From: Lophium mytilinum
Taxonomy: Eukaryota
Assembly (NCBI GenBank): GCA_010093605.1
Contig: MU004185.1
Location: forward strand, 1,633,334 to 1,697,333
Direction: 5' to 3'
DNA: 64,000 nucleotides
Positions within the stretch are counted from its first letter, which is position 1, and each line of letters starts with the position of its first letter. Both the position numbers and the translations under genes were made by a program. Positions 11,836 through 25,116 of this stretch are shown in pieces. A model generated the notes under the pieces. It did no database searches. It was not told the origin of the DNA and saw only the letters and a program-made list of their open reading frames with translations.

Positions 11836-12439
11836 TGCTGGGTGCAGTTGTTGGGTGAGACAGAGCTGCATTCCACGCGTATGAACGCGTCCGACCAAAA
11901 TCTATGACGTCGGCGGCATGGTGGCTAACCTTCGAGCTTGGGCGACGAACTATGGAGGGGACTCAATCTACATCCATGCCGTTGAATTATCCACATACAG
12001 AGACGAGGAACTCCATTGTCTGATCCTGGATATAGTTTCATGAGTTTCTCGATTTGTTCAAGCAAGGTCCACTTCGGGATTAGCGCCGGTCAATGTAAAG
12101 TTCTCCGAAACACTCCTCTTTGCCTCCACCAACGATGGCCAACAGAACAATGGATGTGGTACAAAGCCGAACGCAGCTCTGAATCACGGTGCCGCTTTGT
12201 TCGAACAAGGCTCTTCTATTCTAGTCTCTCGTTTTCTCTTTCAATCTTTCTTCGTCTCACGCAAGGCGCAGGTGGCACAATAAGGCCAACGAGACCTGAT
12301 CTATGTACTACTCGGCCACAATCTGTCAGGCGACACGGCGGGCAGAGCCATAAGACCCTTGGGCCGATCGCTACCAATCAACCTTCTTGCCTGCAACTTT
12401 GTACAATGCCAAAATTTTGACTTCAGACCGCTTCCCAAC

Positions 12440-13928
12440 ATGCCTATGCCGGTCGTTTTACGACAACAGTGCCCTGTCGGAGCCCTGTGGTATGTCTGCA
12501 GCAGTAATGGGTATACAGGCTGTTGCTCGGTAGATCCGTGTAACCTGGCTGCATGCCCAGACAAATCCGCAACACAGTGTACGTATGGGAACGTTTTCTT
12601 CCTCCGCAGTGCCGTTAGTCGTCGTCATCACCGGTATACCATGGCATTTATTCCTTTCTCCAGCACATATCAGGGCTATGACTCAACATTTTGGCCCATT
12701 CTCATCTCTTTTCTCAGCCATGGACTTGACCACGATACCGACCTTTTCCCGGTCCTTTCCCCCTTTCACTGGGGTGTCTAGCACTGCGTCAGTGTCTACA
12801 ACGACATCTCGTACGTCTGCGACTTCATCAAGAGTACCTCCTTCCTCAACCCTTGTGAAATCGACATCATCAGCTGCCTCGCAAGCTAAACCAACCTCCA
12901 ACCCGCCAACACCTACCCCATCCCCAAGCACAAGCAGCGAGCCCATCACCCAACACTCGACCTCCTCCCACTCCCCCGCCAAAATCGCCGGCAGCGTCAT
13001 CGGCGCCTCTGCCGCCATCGCCTTCCTCCTCGGCCTGCTCTACCTCCTCCACCGCAAAAAGCGCGAAACCCAACGCCGCGCCGCCACTCTCCCCCCAAGC
13101 TACAACGAAGAAGGCATCGAAGCCAGCCTCGCCGAGAAGTTCCAAAGTACGTTGCCCCCTCTCTTCCTCCGATCTCTCAACCGTCGTTCCACAACCACTC
13201 CCGCTCCGATACCCGGCCCCTGCATGTCTCACTCTCCTGCACGCTCCCCCTAGCGCCCCCCTCCCAACATCCCCACTTTACTAATATGCTCCGCAGGCGG
13301 CTCACCCCGCTCGCCCCTCCGGAACTCCATCGCCTCCGTGCTACCCTCCTATCACGAGAAAGCGGAACGCGTTGCCGGCGCTAGTGCTGCCGACAACGAG
13401 GTTCGAGTGGAGGAGGATCCGGTGCCGCATCTTGACGGCACGCCGGTGCGGCCGACGCTCGAGATGGCGACGAATCCGCTCGGGAGCATTGCGGAGTTGT
13501 CTGCGACGAGGTCGAATGTGTGGGGGAGATGTGGAGAGGGTGGGGCGGAGGAAGATGAGGGGGAGTTGGATTCGCCGACGTTGGGGAGGGGGGTGGTGGA
13601 GATGGGCGGGATGGAGGGGAAGGATCGGAAGAGGGATCATGTTATGAGTTGGTCGAAGTATGATGCGGCGGGGGTGGCGAGGGATGCGGCGGCGAGGTTG
13701 TCGAGTCCGCCTGCGGTGCCGGATTCGTCGGTTGCGGTGTGGAGTAATATGAATGCGAAGCCGAAGGAGGAGGGTGGGGAGGGAGTGAAGGATAGGGAGG
13801 ATTCGGGCGCGAAAGAAATGGAGGAGCAGTCGCAGGAAGGTGCTAAAGATGAGAACGAAAATAATGGAGAGGAAGAGAACCCTACTAAGAAGGTAGAAAG
13901 ACGCGAGGAGAAGAAGACTGATTCCTGA
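12440..13928 (+). CDS. Single-pass membrane protein with Cys-rich N-terminal module and Ser/Thr-rich stalk
   Basis: CP...WYVC...YTGCCSVDPC module, S/T/P-rich region, TM IAGSVIGASAAIAFLLGLLYLL then HRKKR, PPSY and ELS/ELDS motifs. Two probable introns (~12578-12673, ~13147-13296); start and boundaries uncertain. Confidence 0.65.
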
Positions 13929-14361
13929 ATTTGCGACCTCTGGCGTTGGTGGGTAGAGGTATTTAGCTATTTCGGACAGATTATCTATCAATCCAAAAAC
14001 AAGGCCAAGGACCTACAGATTATCACCGCTCTCAGTAATATGGGATGTTTTCTATACTGTTCATTTCTTTCTTGTTTTCGTTGAACCCTAGAAGAGCGTA
14101 CATCGTGATGCTACTAACCATTTCGTCTCTATCTAACAGTACAGATAGCCAAGATATTAGCATTTTCGGTGGCTGTGGGGGCGAAGTGTGAAGCACAAGC
14201 CAAAACTGATCTAGAGGAATCCCTCCAGGCTGGCTACACCCTCGAAAGAGACAGTCGTGACTTGCTACTAGCAGTGCACTCTCTTCGTGTATTCTTTTCG
14301 TATACCTCACTTTAATCATTTCATCGCTTGAACTTCATGGTTTCTTTCTATGTGCAAGTAC

Positions 14362-15322
14362 TTAGCTCAACATCCCTCCGTCTAACCTCACAATCGTCCC
14401 CGTCACAAAACTCGACTGCGGGCTTAGCAGCCATGCGATCAACTCCGCGGCTTCTTCTGGTTGTCCCTCGCGACCTAAAGGCGTAGTCTGGTTTGCGACC
14501 TGCGGCAGCTCTCCTTTGTCGTTGGTCACGAGCGATCGGACCATCGGGGTATTGATGGTGCCGCTGGGAACACATCTGATCGTTAGCGGCAAAGAAAAAA
14601 TAGGGAACGCAGGGAGAAGGGGCCAAGACATACGGCGCGATAGCATTCACCCTAATCCCCCTCGGCCCGACCTCCTTCGCAGCACTCTTCGTAACACCAT
14701 GCACAGCGTGTTTACTCGCCTATCACTCATCAGCCTCGTCAATTCCACCTTATAGCTCCCTACGCCTCTCCCCACTAAATTTAGAAGAAAACCGTTCACT
14801 CACCACATACGCCGCATTCCCCGCAAACCCAATCAACCCAGCCACACTCCCCACATTCACAATACTCCCCCCCACCCCCATCCCCCCCGCTTTCCCCAAC
14901 TGCGCCCGCAAACACCTCATCACGCCTGTGCTGTTAATCTCCATAATCATGTCCCACTCCTCATCCTTCATCTCCGCCACCGTCACCGTGCCGTCGCCGC
15001 CCCAGAGCGGGTGGTAGCCAGCGATGTTCGCAGCGCCGTCGAGGGGGCCGAGCTTGGCGACGGTGTCGGCGATCCAGGCGTTTACCGCCGGAGTGGAGCG
15101 CACGTCAAGGTGGGTGGTTAGCAGTTGGGAGGGGGAGCTGCAGACGGAGAGCAGGGAGTCTTTGGCTGTGGCGAGGGCGGTGGGGTTGTTGTCGGCGATG
15201 GAGAGGGTCGCGCCGCGTGAGAGGAGGAGGCGGGCGGTTGCGAGGCCGATGCCGGAGGCGCCGCCGGTGAGGGCGATGACTTTGTTTGTGAGGGGGGTGG
15301 GGGCTTGGGGTGGTGTGGACAT
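14362..15322 (-). CDS. Short-chain dehydrogenase/reductase (classical SDR)
   Basis: TGGASGIG, DGAANIAG, IVNVGSVAG, YxxSK split by an intron, GIRVNAIAP|GTINTPM, SSFVTG..DGG. Two introns. Confidence 0.92.
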
Positions 15323-16474
15323 TTTGGGATATGGGCAGGAAGAGAGACAGGGGATAGTTGAGATGGAAAATCAGGATATTTGCTTTCGTGAAGTATGAAT
15401 GTTTTGAAAGAAAAGAGGAAGAAAAGACGAGGAATAGAATTTATGTAATTACTTGACGCTTGAGGATTGATGTCACAGACGAATTAAGATGTCATGGGAA
15501 TGCCGGGTGGTACTCGCACCGCGTGTCTTCGGGATACACAGCTCTTTAAGGTCACGGTTATGCTTCTCCGTATCTACGAGGGGCGTGATTGAGCGATGTC
15601 AGTGGGGTGAGCGTGGGATCGCGGGGAACTTAGAACTCTTGTTTTGGGGAGGATAAGCTCTCTTAATTGGTGTTTTATGCCAGTCTTATTGTAAGAGGGA
15701 TAAGGTGAGGTACGTGAACCTGGATGTCGGATGATCTACCGGTCCGAGCGCGTCTCTTTTCCGGGGACCAAGTCGGGTGAATTTCTGTCTCTTTCATCAC
15801 CAATCACATTCCTCTTCATCTCTAGAATGACCCCCAAGAACAGCACCCAATTGAAATGCAGTCTAGGGGTTATATGCTCAGAGTTCGGGAGCAAGAATCC
15901 TCGTCGCATCATAGACTGTCGCTTTTAATTTTCAAATACCCAGGAACTTAAGCATGTGTTTAATCAGCACAGTGGCGCCTTAGACGTACGTTTAACAGTA
16001 AAGTAGCTGCTGAGCAATTGATACGAAGTACCTGATTTCATACCTCTTGAAGTAATAAGGGGAGTAAAACTTGCTGACATGGGCCACTTCTGATGCGCAG
16101 CGCTGTATAGTAATCCTTGGCTGCCGCAAAACGGCATGATGATAGGACAGCCTCGCATCGGCAAAACTGCCGAAAGCTATACGGGCTCCAAAGCGCCTCG
16201 TTATATGATTGCGACTGATGACTGATTACTTTGAGCCGAACATTAAGCCTATAGCTGATATATGCCATCCTCGGCATGTCGTTAAGAAATCATTTCAGCC
16301 ATGATTGGGAGCCAGCGCATCATTGTTTCTTGCTCTTTGATAAATAAGACCGGTTGCTTGTCCTCAAGACTCCATTCTCAATCTCATCAACATCACATTC
16401 GATTTCAATCTTGTCACCATCTATCATATTCTTCCAACACAGCACCTAACAAAACCCTAGCCTCAAAGCCAAAG

Positions 16475-17270
16475 ATGGTCACCGGTCCTCTCGTCGAGAT
16501 GCTGGCGCGCAACAGGTACACCATGCCCCTAATCAACTGGCTCGATATTTATAGGAGAAGCTTACGATTGAAATAGCAAGTTTGCGCAATCCTATCAAGC
16601 ACCACCCGGTCTTGTCCAAATGGCTTCGACCATGCGATCAACCGGCGCTGGCGTGGTTGTCATATCCTGTTCCGACCCTCGACTGAATCCATACCAGATT
16701 CTTGGTATTGATCCTACACTGAGTGCGTCCTACTTTCCAATTGTGATTTTCTACCTGATACTAACAACTACCAGAGGCCACAATGGTCCGAAACGCTGGT
16801 GGCAGAGTCTTTGATGCTATCAGAACACTTGCAGTTCTCCAGACTATAGGGGCTCCAGGGACTATTGTCGTGATGCATCACACCGGTATGTCACATTTAA
16901 GCGCATCCTTGCTCGCGGTTCGTCGTCCGTGATGTCGAATGGAGACTGATGTCGCTGCAGATTGCGGAATGATTCATTGGCACGATGCCGATGTCAAGGA
17001 GGCGTTGGTTGAGGTTGCACCGGAAGAAAAGGAGTCTATCGAGGCGTCTAAGTTCGGGGAAATCACCAGCTCGTACGTCTCTCTCTCTCTAGAAGTCTGA
17101 TGTTCGCCTTGCTTACGGTTAGCTGTAGCCTCGAAGAGAGCATCAGGGAAGATATCGGTATCCTGAGGGCATCTCCGTTGATTAAGAAGAGCACCCAGAT
17201 TGTTGGGGTCAAGTACGATATCAGTACTGGTGTCCTATCGGTAGTGGATGAAACAAAGAGCGAGTTGTAA
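16475..17270 (+). CDS. Beta-class carbonic anhydrase (short, clade-D-like)
   Basis: Five exons assembled by eye: ISCSDPR (Zn Cys; Asp-Arg dyad), VRNAGGR, VMHHTD|CG (HxxC), EESIREDI..LRASPL, YDISTG; TAA at 17268-17270. Confidence 0.9.
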
Positions 17271-17989
17271 TATCGAGCAGTGTTCCATTGGAGTTCGAGA
17301 AAAGCGTAGGGCTAATAGTGTGGAAATGTCTGATGGATGTATGCATGTAGCGTTATCACTTGAAGTTTGCAATCGGTAGAGCACATAATCTGATGAATTA
17401 ACGGTCTATTTCCTCCTGACCTGAGCCTTTCATCCAAATATAATGAAACCTAGTTTTCGATGGTCCCTACCTGCATGTCTGGTGCTAATTGTGGGGCTAC
17501 GTACGCGCGGACCCTCAGATCCATCCCAGCTCGACGTCAGCTTTCCTCTCTTCCATCATCACTCATCCATCACGGCCTCTTCATCAACAAACGTGCATTC
17601 GTCAATGCGTGTCCAAAGCGTATAGTATTGTTTACTTCTGGCGGTGTCTCTGTCTAAGCAGCTTAATAGTCACTTGAACTCGGGATTCATAGGTCTAGCT
17701 CAAAAGGATACCCGTCTTCTTCAGCGCGTGCAGAACATGCAACTCCAAGCTCGAGAAGCGGTCGCTTTACAGGAGACCCTCCAAGTCGAATCACGAGTGT
17801 CAACATTGCCAAGCTGCGATGTATTTACGATCCCTCGTCAATATGAGATCTATTACGGCAGCATGTATGAGGAAAATTATTGCATAGTTTGATGGGAAAA
17901 GGGTAGAAGAATGGAACTACTCCACCGACGTATTAACACTGCCCGATATCCTCGTTCCGATCACGCCTGGGCTCATCCTTACTCTTCGA

Positions 17990-19415
17990 TCACCCCTCGA
18001 GCAATATTTGCTTCTCCTTCTTCAGACCTTCGACCACATCAATGGGAAGTTTGAGTAGGCTGGCGACAATGTCTGCCGGGGTAAGAGCGAGCCACTGGGT
18101 AAGCGGAATGTCTGCAACTCGGTCGCTCTTGTAGATCTCGATCCAAACCAGCTCTTCGGTTTCCGACGTATTCTCGATGTAATGCCCTAATATTTATGAT
18201 CAGTAGTTGAGCCTTCTAGTGGAGTAGCAAGACCCATACCAGAGTTATCCGGGAAAACACCAGTATCACCAGCGCTGAAGTCAAAGGTGCGCGCATTGGA
18301 GTTTCCGATGAAGACAGTTGCCTTGGCGTGGCCCTTGTGGAAGTAAAGCCACTCTTCCGCCTGCAGTATGTGTTAGTAAGTACTCGAGGCCCGGGTAAGT
18401 CAAGAAACTCACGTTAGGGTGCCAATGCAGCTCCCGAAGGCCCTGAGGCTTCAGCGTGACGACCGTGGCAGCGATCGTCTTGGAGATTGGGAAGTTCCTA
18501 GAGTCGATAATCCGTAGCGTACCTCCATTACCCGGCACCGGAACCTCGGAATGTTGAGTGTGCTTGAAGACGAAGCTGCTGTTTCCAAACGCTTCGGTGT
18601 CCCCTGCACCTCCGGTAACATTGTGGGTGCTCACAGTCGAGTTCTGGATGTACGGGTTTGGAGTAGGAACAGTAGCGAAAAGAGTCTCGTTGATGCCGAA
18701 GTTCTTAGCCAAGACTGACTTCGGTGTGTGCGAGATCCAGTCGTCGACATTGAACGTAGTGCCCACGGCGTCGAAGTTCCCGTCGTCGAAGACGAGCAGA
18801 TACTCGTTCTGATCTTCAAGACCCTGGATCGTGTGCGCAACTCCCTTGGGGAAGTACCAAATATCGCCAACTTCGAGCTTGGCTACTTGATAGTTGCCGT
18901 CTTCGTCCACAGCGGAGGTGATGACCGAGCCGGCGTACACGTAGCCCCATTCAGCCTGACCATCCCATCAGTAAGAGATATTTCCAACAGTCGATATCCT
19001 ACTCACTACTCTGTGCCAATGCAATTCACGGATGGAACCCTTGGTCAGATGTTGCTGGGCAGCGGCGATATCGTGGCTCGCAGGCAGGTCAGTGATGACT
19101 TGTTCGCGCGACCAGCCACCAGTCAAGAGCCTCGTCTTGGAATCAGAGAAGCTCCATTTGAGGTTTGGTACGACGCCGTTGTCAGTGCTTTGTTGACCAA
19201 GATTGTCAGGGTTCTGGAGGTCAAGTTCTTTGTTGGTAGCGCCTTGAACTTGTCAGCCTTGCACGCCCACGTTCCCTATGTTCCGGAATGGACTTACCTG
19301 AGAAGGGCGCACCCTTGCCCTTTCCGTCAATTGGCTCGCCCTGAGAGAAGCCCGGGGTGGCGGCTCCGTGGACGAGGAGGGGGGTGAGCAGACCGAGAAT
19401 GACTGACGACTTCAT
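17990..19415 (-). CDS. Secreted Mn-bicupin, oxalate decarboxylase/oxidase family
   Basis: Signal-peptide-like N-terminus MKSSVILGLLTPLLVHGAA. Two cupins: IRELHWHRV|AEW...GDIWYFPKGVAH and LRELHWHPN|AEEW...GHYIEN. Four introns. TATAAA on the minus strand at 19486-19491. Confidence 0.92.
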
Positions 19416-19491
19416 GGTGAAGAGATGGGATTGATGCATAGTTCCAAGCTTGCAGGACGCCAAAGGTACGCTACAGGCCCAGCAGTTTATA

Positions 19492-20910
19492 GCCAGGACA
19501 AGAAATGCTCATTCTACAGGGTCCTTGCGAATCAAGATCCATGAGGCGTGGCGTCAACCCGGGCCAATTCCATTGACTGCTCATTGAAGCCAATGCAGAG
19601 CGATCGCACTGGCCCGACGCAATTGAAGCCATGCAAGATGAAATGCGGGAGAGCACGGCCAGTGACCCGCGGCGTTTTGACGACTTCGTCCCATTGCGGC
19701 TGCCAAGATGCATGCACCGATGGTGTTTTTGTGAGAGAGCATTGCGAATGCTTGGCACTTCGACCTCCACACTGCCCGAAGCGGGAACGATGCGCAATGG
19801 CGCACTGCAAATCTTACAAGCATCCCCGCCAGCAGCACGAACCTGTACCAGCATTCGTGCAATCTATTGCCAGGATGGCACCATTCCCATCAAATCTGGA
19901 GGCCTTCTGCGCGAAAGCCGGCAACCGGGCTTCGTGTGTCCACTGGAGGCGCTTTGACCGATGCATTACTTGCCCTGGAGATCTCACACCCCACACGAAC
20001 TTCGCGCCCGATCGTCATCATTTCCTGCCCAGACGGGCAAGGCATTGCTTCTGGTTTAAGCTTAATTCGAGGCGTTAGCGGGTACTGCCGATCCCTAGGG
20101 CCCGCCGCGGGTTATGCTTATGGCAACCTTCACCACCACCGTTACCTCCGTTCCGCCAAGGCGTGGAGAACAAGCCCCTTGAACATTCTAGAGACTCCTT
20201 GCCATGAAGATCCGAATTTCGACCAGGCAGAGTCAAACGAAGTCATCTGGAATCTGTTCGCAATATTGAATGGACCTGCCGGGGGCAAACCCATGTCCTG
20301 AGAAGTGTGGGGGACAACACTTCGCGATTTTGCGCTTCTCATTGAGTCACAGACCTGACTGCTTCGAGTATGCAGCTTTGTCTGTGCTCTGGTACCTAAA
20401 TGCCAAATTGGGGCCCAAGTCTGCCTTCGCTAACCGGTTGTCTTTCCACTTCAGCGGCGCCAAGCATCACCTATTCCTACTCGAGACCCCTGTTCCACGC
20501 TCTTGGAACCAACTGTAAAGTGCCAAAAGATCACCATACTTGCGCCGGCCGACCAGCGATGCTGCTGTGCTCTCCTGTCGATCGTTCTTCGTCGAATGCT
20601 CCGAGATACTAGCCAGCTCGGGGACTCGGGGACCTTGCCATCAGCCTCCATGCATCACGACGCTAGATGAAGTGACGAGGTGCAGATCGAAATCATGTTT
20701 GAGAGGTAGGAGGGGTATGATTCCCTTTTGGTGCCTCCTTGGTATGGCGAAAGGAGTTCCGAGAGTGTCACCTGAACATGTCGCTGCAGGCTAAACCTGG
20801 AAAACGGATGCTTGAGACCCGCGCCAAGAATGAACAACCCCAAAGGGGTGGGTAAGAGATGGCAAGTTGGAGCCTACGTCGACGATCAGTCCCAGTTCGA
20901 GTTGCTTGGC
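19492..20910. promoter_or_regulatory. Cluster of PacC/Rim101-type GCCARG sites in a divergent promoter
   Basis: GCCARG at 19492, 19702, 19869, 20155, 20459, 20823 (+) and CTTGGC at 19751, 20905 (-). Confidence 0.5.
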
Positions 20911-21289
20911 CACCAAATAGCTAGGCCGCTATGTCTTTTGGAATTGACGCCTCACCTACTTTGGCTCGATGACGGTGAAGCAGTGAGCTTTGGTAGTCGA
21001 CCTCCCTTTCTGATTGCCTCCCTGAGGTCGCCGAAGTGCTTTCAGGAGACGATTTTCAATAATGAGGCTTGGTGTTGTCATTTTGATTCATTCTTCGCGA
21101 TGTCGACTGCGGGAGAGGAAAGAAAGGGTCGGAATCTATACGAGCTAACGAACTCATAGAACAGTATATATTCTACTATCTGTCTCAAACTTGCTCATAC
21201 CATCGCACTCTTCCGCTTCTTTACAAGGACTACCTGAGCACATTGTTTGCTAGCTCTTCTTCATCATTGGTCTATCACTGTTCGCTACT

Positions 21290-23018
21290 ATGCCTTCAAT
21301 TCTCAGCACGCTTCAGCTGGCGGCTACCTTCGCAGTCCCTGCCCTTTCGCTCTCTCTACCTCCTCTAATTCCAACCATTCCTGGCGTGACTGAGCCGTTG
21401 TCTTCCAACGCTCCGCCACTCCCGATCTTGCAGATCCCTACACCCCCGCTCGAAAGCCCCCCTTTCACTCCCAGCAACATCAGGCCCAAGAAGATTGGTT
21501 TTTTCTGGACCGCATCGGGAGACAACGAGCACAAGGGTGTGTGCATCATTGTTCATACGCTTGCAAACTTCACCGTGCTAATCTCGTTTCCCCTTTTTAG
21601 ACTTCCTCGCGACCTACAGTCTTGATGATGTAAGATTTTCCTTCCGTGCATTGATACTGGCAACCTCTAACGCACCGTAGGATACCTTTGGTACACTCTT
21701 GTACGTCACCGACGTTCCGTCCAGCGGAAACTCGCCCCATCATCTTGGAACCTCGCTCGATGGCAAGACATTGGTTGGTGGCGGCCTTCTGTCGCTCTTA
21801 AAGACGCAGGTGTGTATTTACAGGACCCTGCTTGGAAGTCAACATCAACTGATCATCTCAGGACACTGCGTACTACTTCGACGTTGAGAACCCATACCGC
21901 CCCTCTTTTAAAAAGAGCAACCGCGGTATCCTTGCCTCTATCACCGATGAGATTCGCGCGAAGCCAGACGGGTAGGCTCCATCCTTTATCACCATTAATC
22001 TTCCTCTTTGCTAACAACTAACCAGAGGATTCTTCATCACCTACATGGGATCTGCTGTTGGAACGTCTCCAGGCCGCCTCATTGAGACCGACGCCAACTT
22101 TAACATCATTCACGAGTGGCCCGAAGATGTCGAGAGCACCTTGAACATACTTGGAGAGCAGTTCTCCCCTCACGGGCTCAGCATTGACTGGGAGAAGAAG
22201 ATTATTCTCACTTCTGACTTCGTCGTGCCAGTCACCATTTTGAAGCCAGCTTCTGCTCTAGGCATCCAGCGCGCTGATACCCTGAGGCTGTGGGACCTGG
22301 ACAGCAGGAAGATCTTGAGCACGATCACCATCCCCAACGTAAGTGACAGCATGCTTCATCACTCATTCCTCATATTTACTCCGAAACAGGGCCAAGGTAT
22401 CCAAGATATCAAGTTCATCCCCGGCAACCCCGAATCCGCCGCCCTCGCCACCGCTGTCCACCTCGGCCAAGTCTGGATCATCTACCCCTTCCGCACCAAT
22501 GCGCAGGGCAAGAAGGGCACCGCTGAGCTCCTCTATGATCTTGGACCAAAGGCGCGGGACACTGTCGCCATCTAGTATGTTTCCTTCAACTCTCCAACAT
22601 TGTCCATCCACTAATTACAGCTCTCAGCTCCGACATCACCCAGGACGGCAAATTCATCTACCTCACACTCACTACCGCTAACCATATTGCCGCTCTCGAC
22701 ATCTCGGACCTGAACAACGTCAAGCGCCTCGACAACCCCGACGAGGACCAGCCCACCATCGGCCCCCACTACATCAAGGTCACGCCCGATCAGAAGCACA
22801 TCGTCGTCACCGACTACTTCGTGCAAACCGGCGACATCGGCGTCATCAACACCCCAGCTGACTTCAAGGCGCTGTACATTGACATCCTGCCCAACGGTGG
22901 CTTGAGCTTCAACCGGACGATTGATTTCCAGAGGGAATTTGCGAACAGGGGTGGTGCGAAGCCGCATTCGGCAGTCGTGTTCGATCTGACGGACCCCAAC
23001 AAGCCTATCTACTACTAG
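21290..23018 (+). CDS. Secreted beta-propeller, selenium-binding protein (SBP56)/methanethiol oxidase-like
   Basis: Signal peptide and Pro-rich leader. Spliced motifs DFLATYSL, GNSPHH, FSPHG, LTSDF, LRLWDL, SDITQDGKFIYL and GPHYIKVTPD resemble the SBP56 family. About six introns. Confidence 0.65.
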
Positions 23019-25116
23019 ATAGCCTCTTCTGTGGTTTGCTACAAGATTGAAGAGGTAATGGGCGGGGACGGGGGTTCATGGATTGGACGCGGTAATACAC
23101 GCTTGGGTGGTTTCTTATGTTTGCTTCTGGGGCTTGGCTAGAAGATACGGAATGGAGACGCTCGCTTGCATGTTTCTTACTTAATTTTCGGTTGTTTGTT
23201 AGAATCGAGCTTCTTTGTGCATGATAACTGGAAGTGTGCATGATGCGAAACTTGAAGTGCGAAACGCCTCGGTTGTTCGATCACTGTTTTCGAAGGTTAA
23301 AGGTGCTTACGATTGCTTTACGCAGGAGTGTTGGCTCTTCTTTGCTTTTCTGTATGTAGAGGATAAGGGCGCTATAAAGCTAAGAACTAACAGTATAAAG
23401 AGTTGAGGGGTGAAAGTAATTATTAACCACCGTCACGTGTCTGATATGGCATAAAATCGGCCCGACTCCTCTGCGCGCGACCCTGACGCGAATCTTTCTT
23501 CCTCTTAGCCCACTATTCAACAACATCAACGTGATATGGAGACCAGCCTTCTGTATTACGCCCCATCTAGATGTCACTGATACCCTTAATGCTAAGTATA
23601 AGCCCCTCCCGACTCGTAGATCTAAGTGTGGCTGTTCAGCGCTGAACCGCGGGCCATCCTCGTACAAGAGCTGTTTCTCTGAGCTCATGTATTCCTTCCA
23701 CGTGCCTAGCAAAGCCTACGGCAGTCAGAGCTATCAGGAAGCGAATCAGCACTACGAGATTTATATGGGTCCTACAAGGTATACTGTGCGGTCTTGATGC
23801 AGGAACCATCGCAGGGCCAATGCCGGGTTGCTGGGATCGCAGAGTCCCGAAGACTACGAAAGTTGATACCGACAGGCATTTCATACAGGAAGAGCGTTCA
23901 TGCATGTCACGGTGGCTCGGGAATGATCCTTACTTCCTCTCATGCACGGATGGTGTTTCCCCATCATGGGTCCGGCTTACACGATATTTGCTTCATTTTC
24001 GCCCACGAGGACGACTAGCTGTTTGACTACTGAGTATGTGATTACTGAGTACGTATATGGAGTGTGCGCTTCTGGTAATGCCTTTTGAGGTTGTCGTTGT
24101 CTTATCTACGTTTGTTTCCAGCCTCTATTTGCGTCTCGCTATTCGAACAGCCTTGACAGCGCCTTACGGCTCACCGCTATGTTGTCCTTCGTTCCCCGAT
24201 TTAATTGCGCACAAGATCATACGCACGTCTGTTTAATTGGCGAAGAGCGTGTGAGATCTAGGGAATGCGACTGCAATGGTAGCGACAAGGCTGCAAAGCT
24301 TCTGCGTTGACCTTGACTTTCCAGCCAAGCATATTGCCAAGTTTGCCAACCCTTTCGCCATGAGTGGGCAGAATGGCGTCAGTTGTTCGTGATAGCACGT
24401 TGGGACCATCCCCAAAAGCTTTTTACGGCAGGCTAAGTGGTCGGCCATTTCCAAGCAGCTGGTCTCTATCTCGTCTACACCATTCTACATCTCTTCATAC
24501 AACTCTCCGTTCTTGGTCAAGTCAAAACTTCGCGTCGTCATCTCAATGTTGATCAAATCTATCGCTATATATTCAATGTTGCCTTAAACAGCTCATTCTG
24601 CGCCATGAATCTAGCCACACCTCGTACGGGCCATTTGCCCTTTCCTCTCCTGCCCAGCACCCACAAGCCCTTGGTCCCCAGCCTCCAAGGACGACATTTG
24701 TCTTGTCGTCGAAGCACGCGATGACAGAACGAGCAGATCCCGTTCCAGATCGTAAGAGAATTGCAGTCACTTTCAGCGACGGGCAGCTTCTGGTTCGAAA
24801 AAGCACATATTTTCAGCGGATTCGCACGACTGACTACAAATCCAGTGTCCTCGGCGACCAGAACTTCGCCAGTTACCCACGCCAAGGTCGTGATGACACT
24901 CGGGCTGGTGATACTCTGATCGTTCCCGATGGTGTTCAGAACGGTCAATGGTCGGCATGCACCTAGAATGTAGCCCTCTCGCTTCAACCTGTGCAAATTC
25001 TTGAATTCAATGCCCCATTCTTTCGTATCTCCCTGGCATTTTGTCTTTATCTTGCTGGTATAAGTACTCCTTGCGTCCCTGGTTTCCGGTGACAGGCGCA
25101 GTTCGATATTGCAGTC

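Noticed and set aside
19471..21159. Many overlapping short ORFs between the bicupin and SBP56-like genes
   Set aside because: Mostly non-ATG starts with low-information translations; treated as promoter.
22573..22575. Apparent premature TAG in the SBP56-like gene
   Set aside because: It is split by an intron donor (TA|GTATGT), so it is not a real stop.
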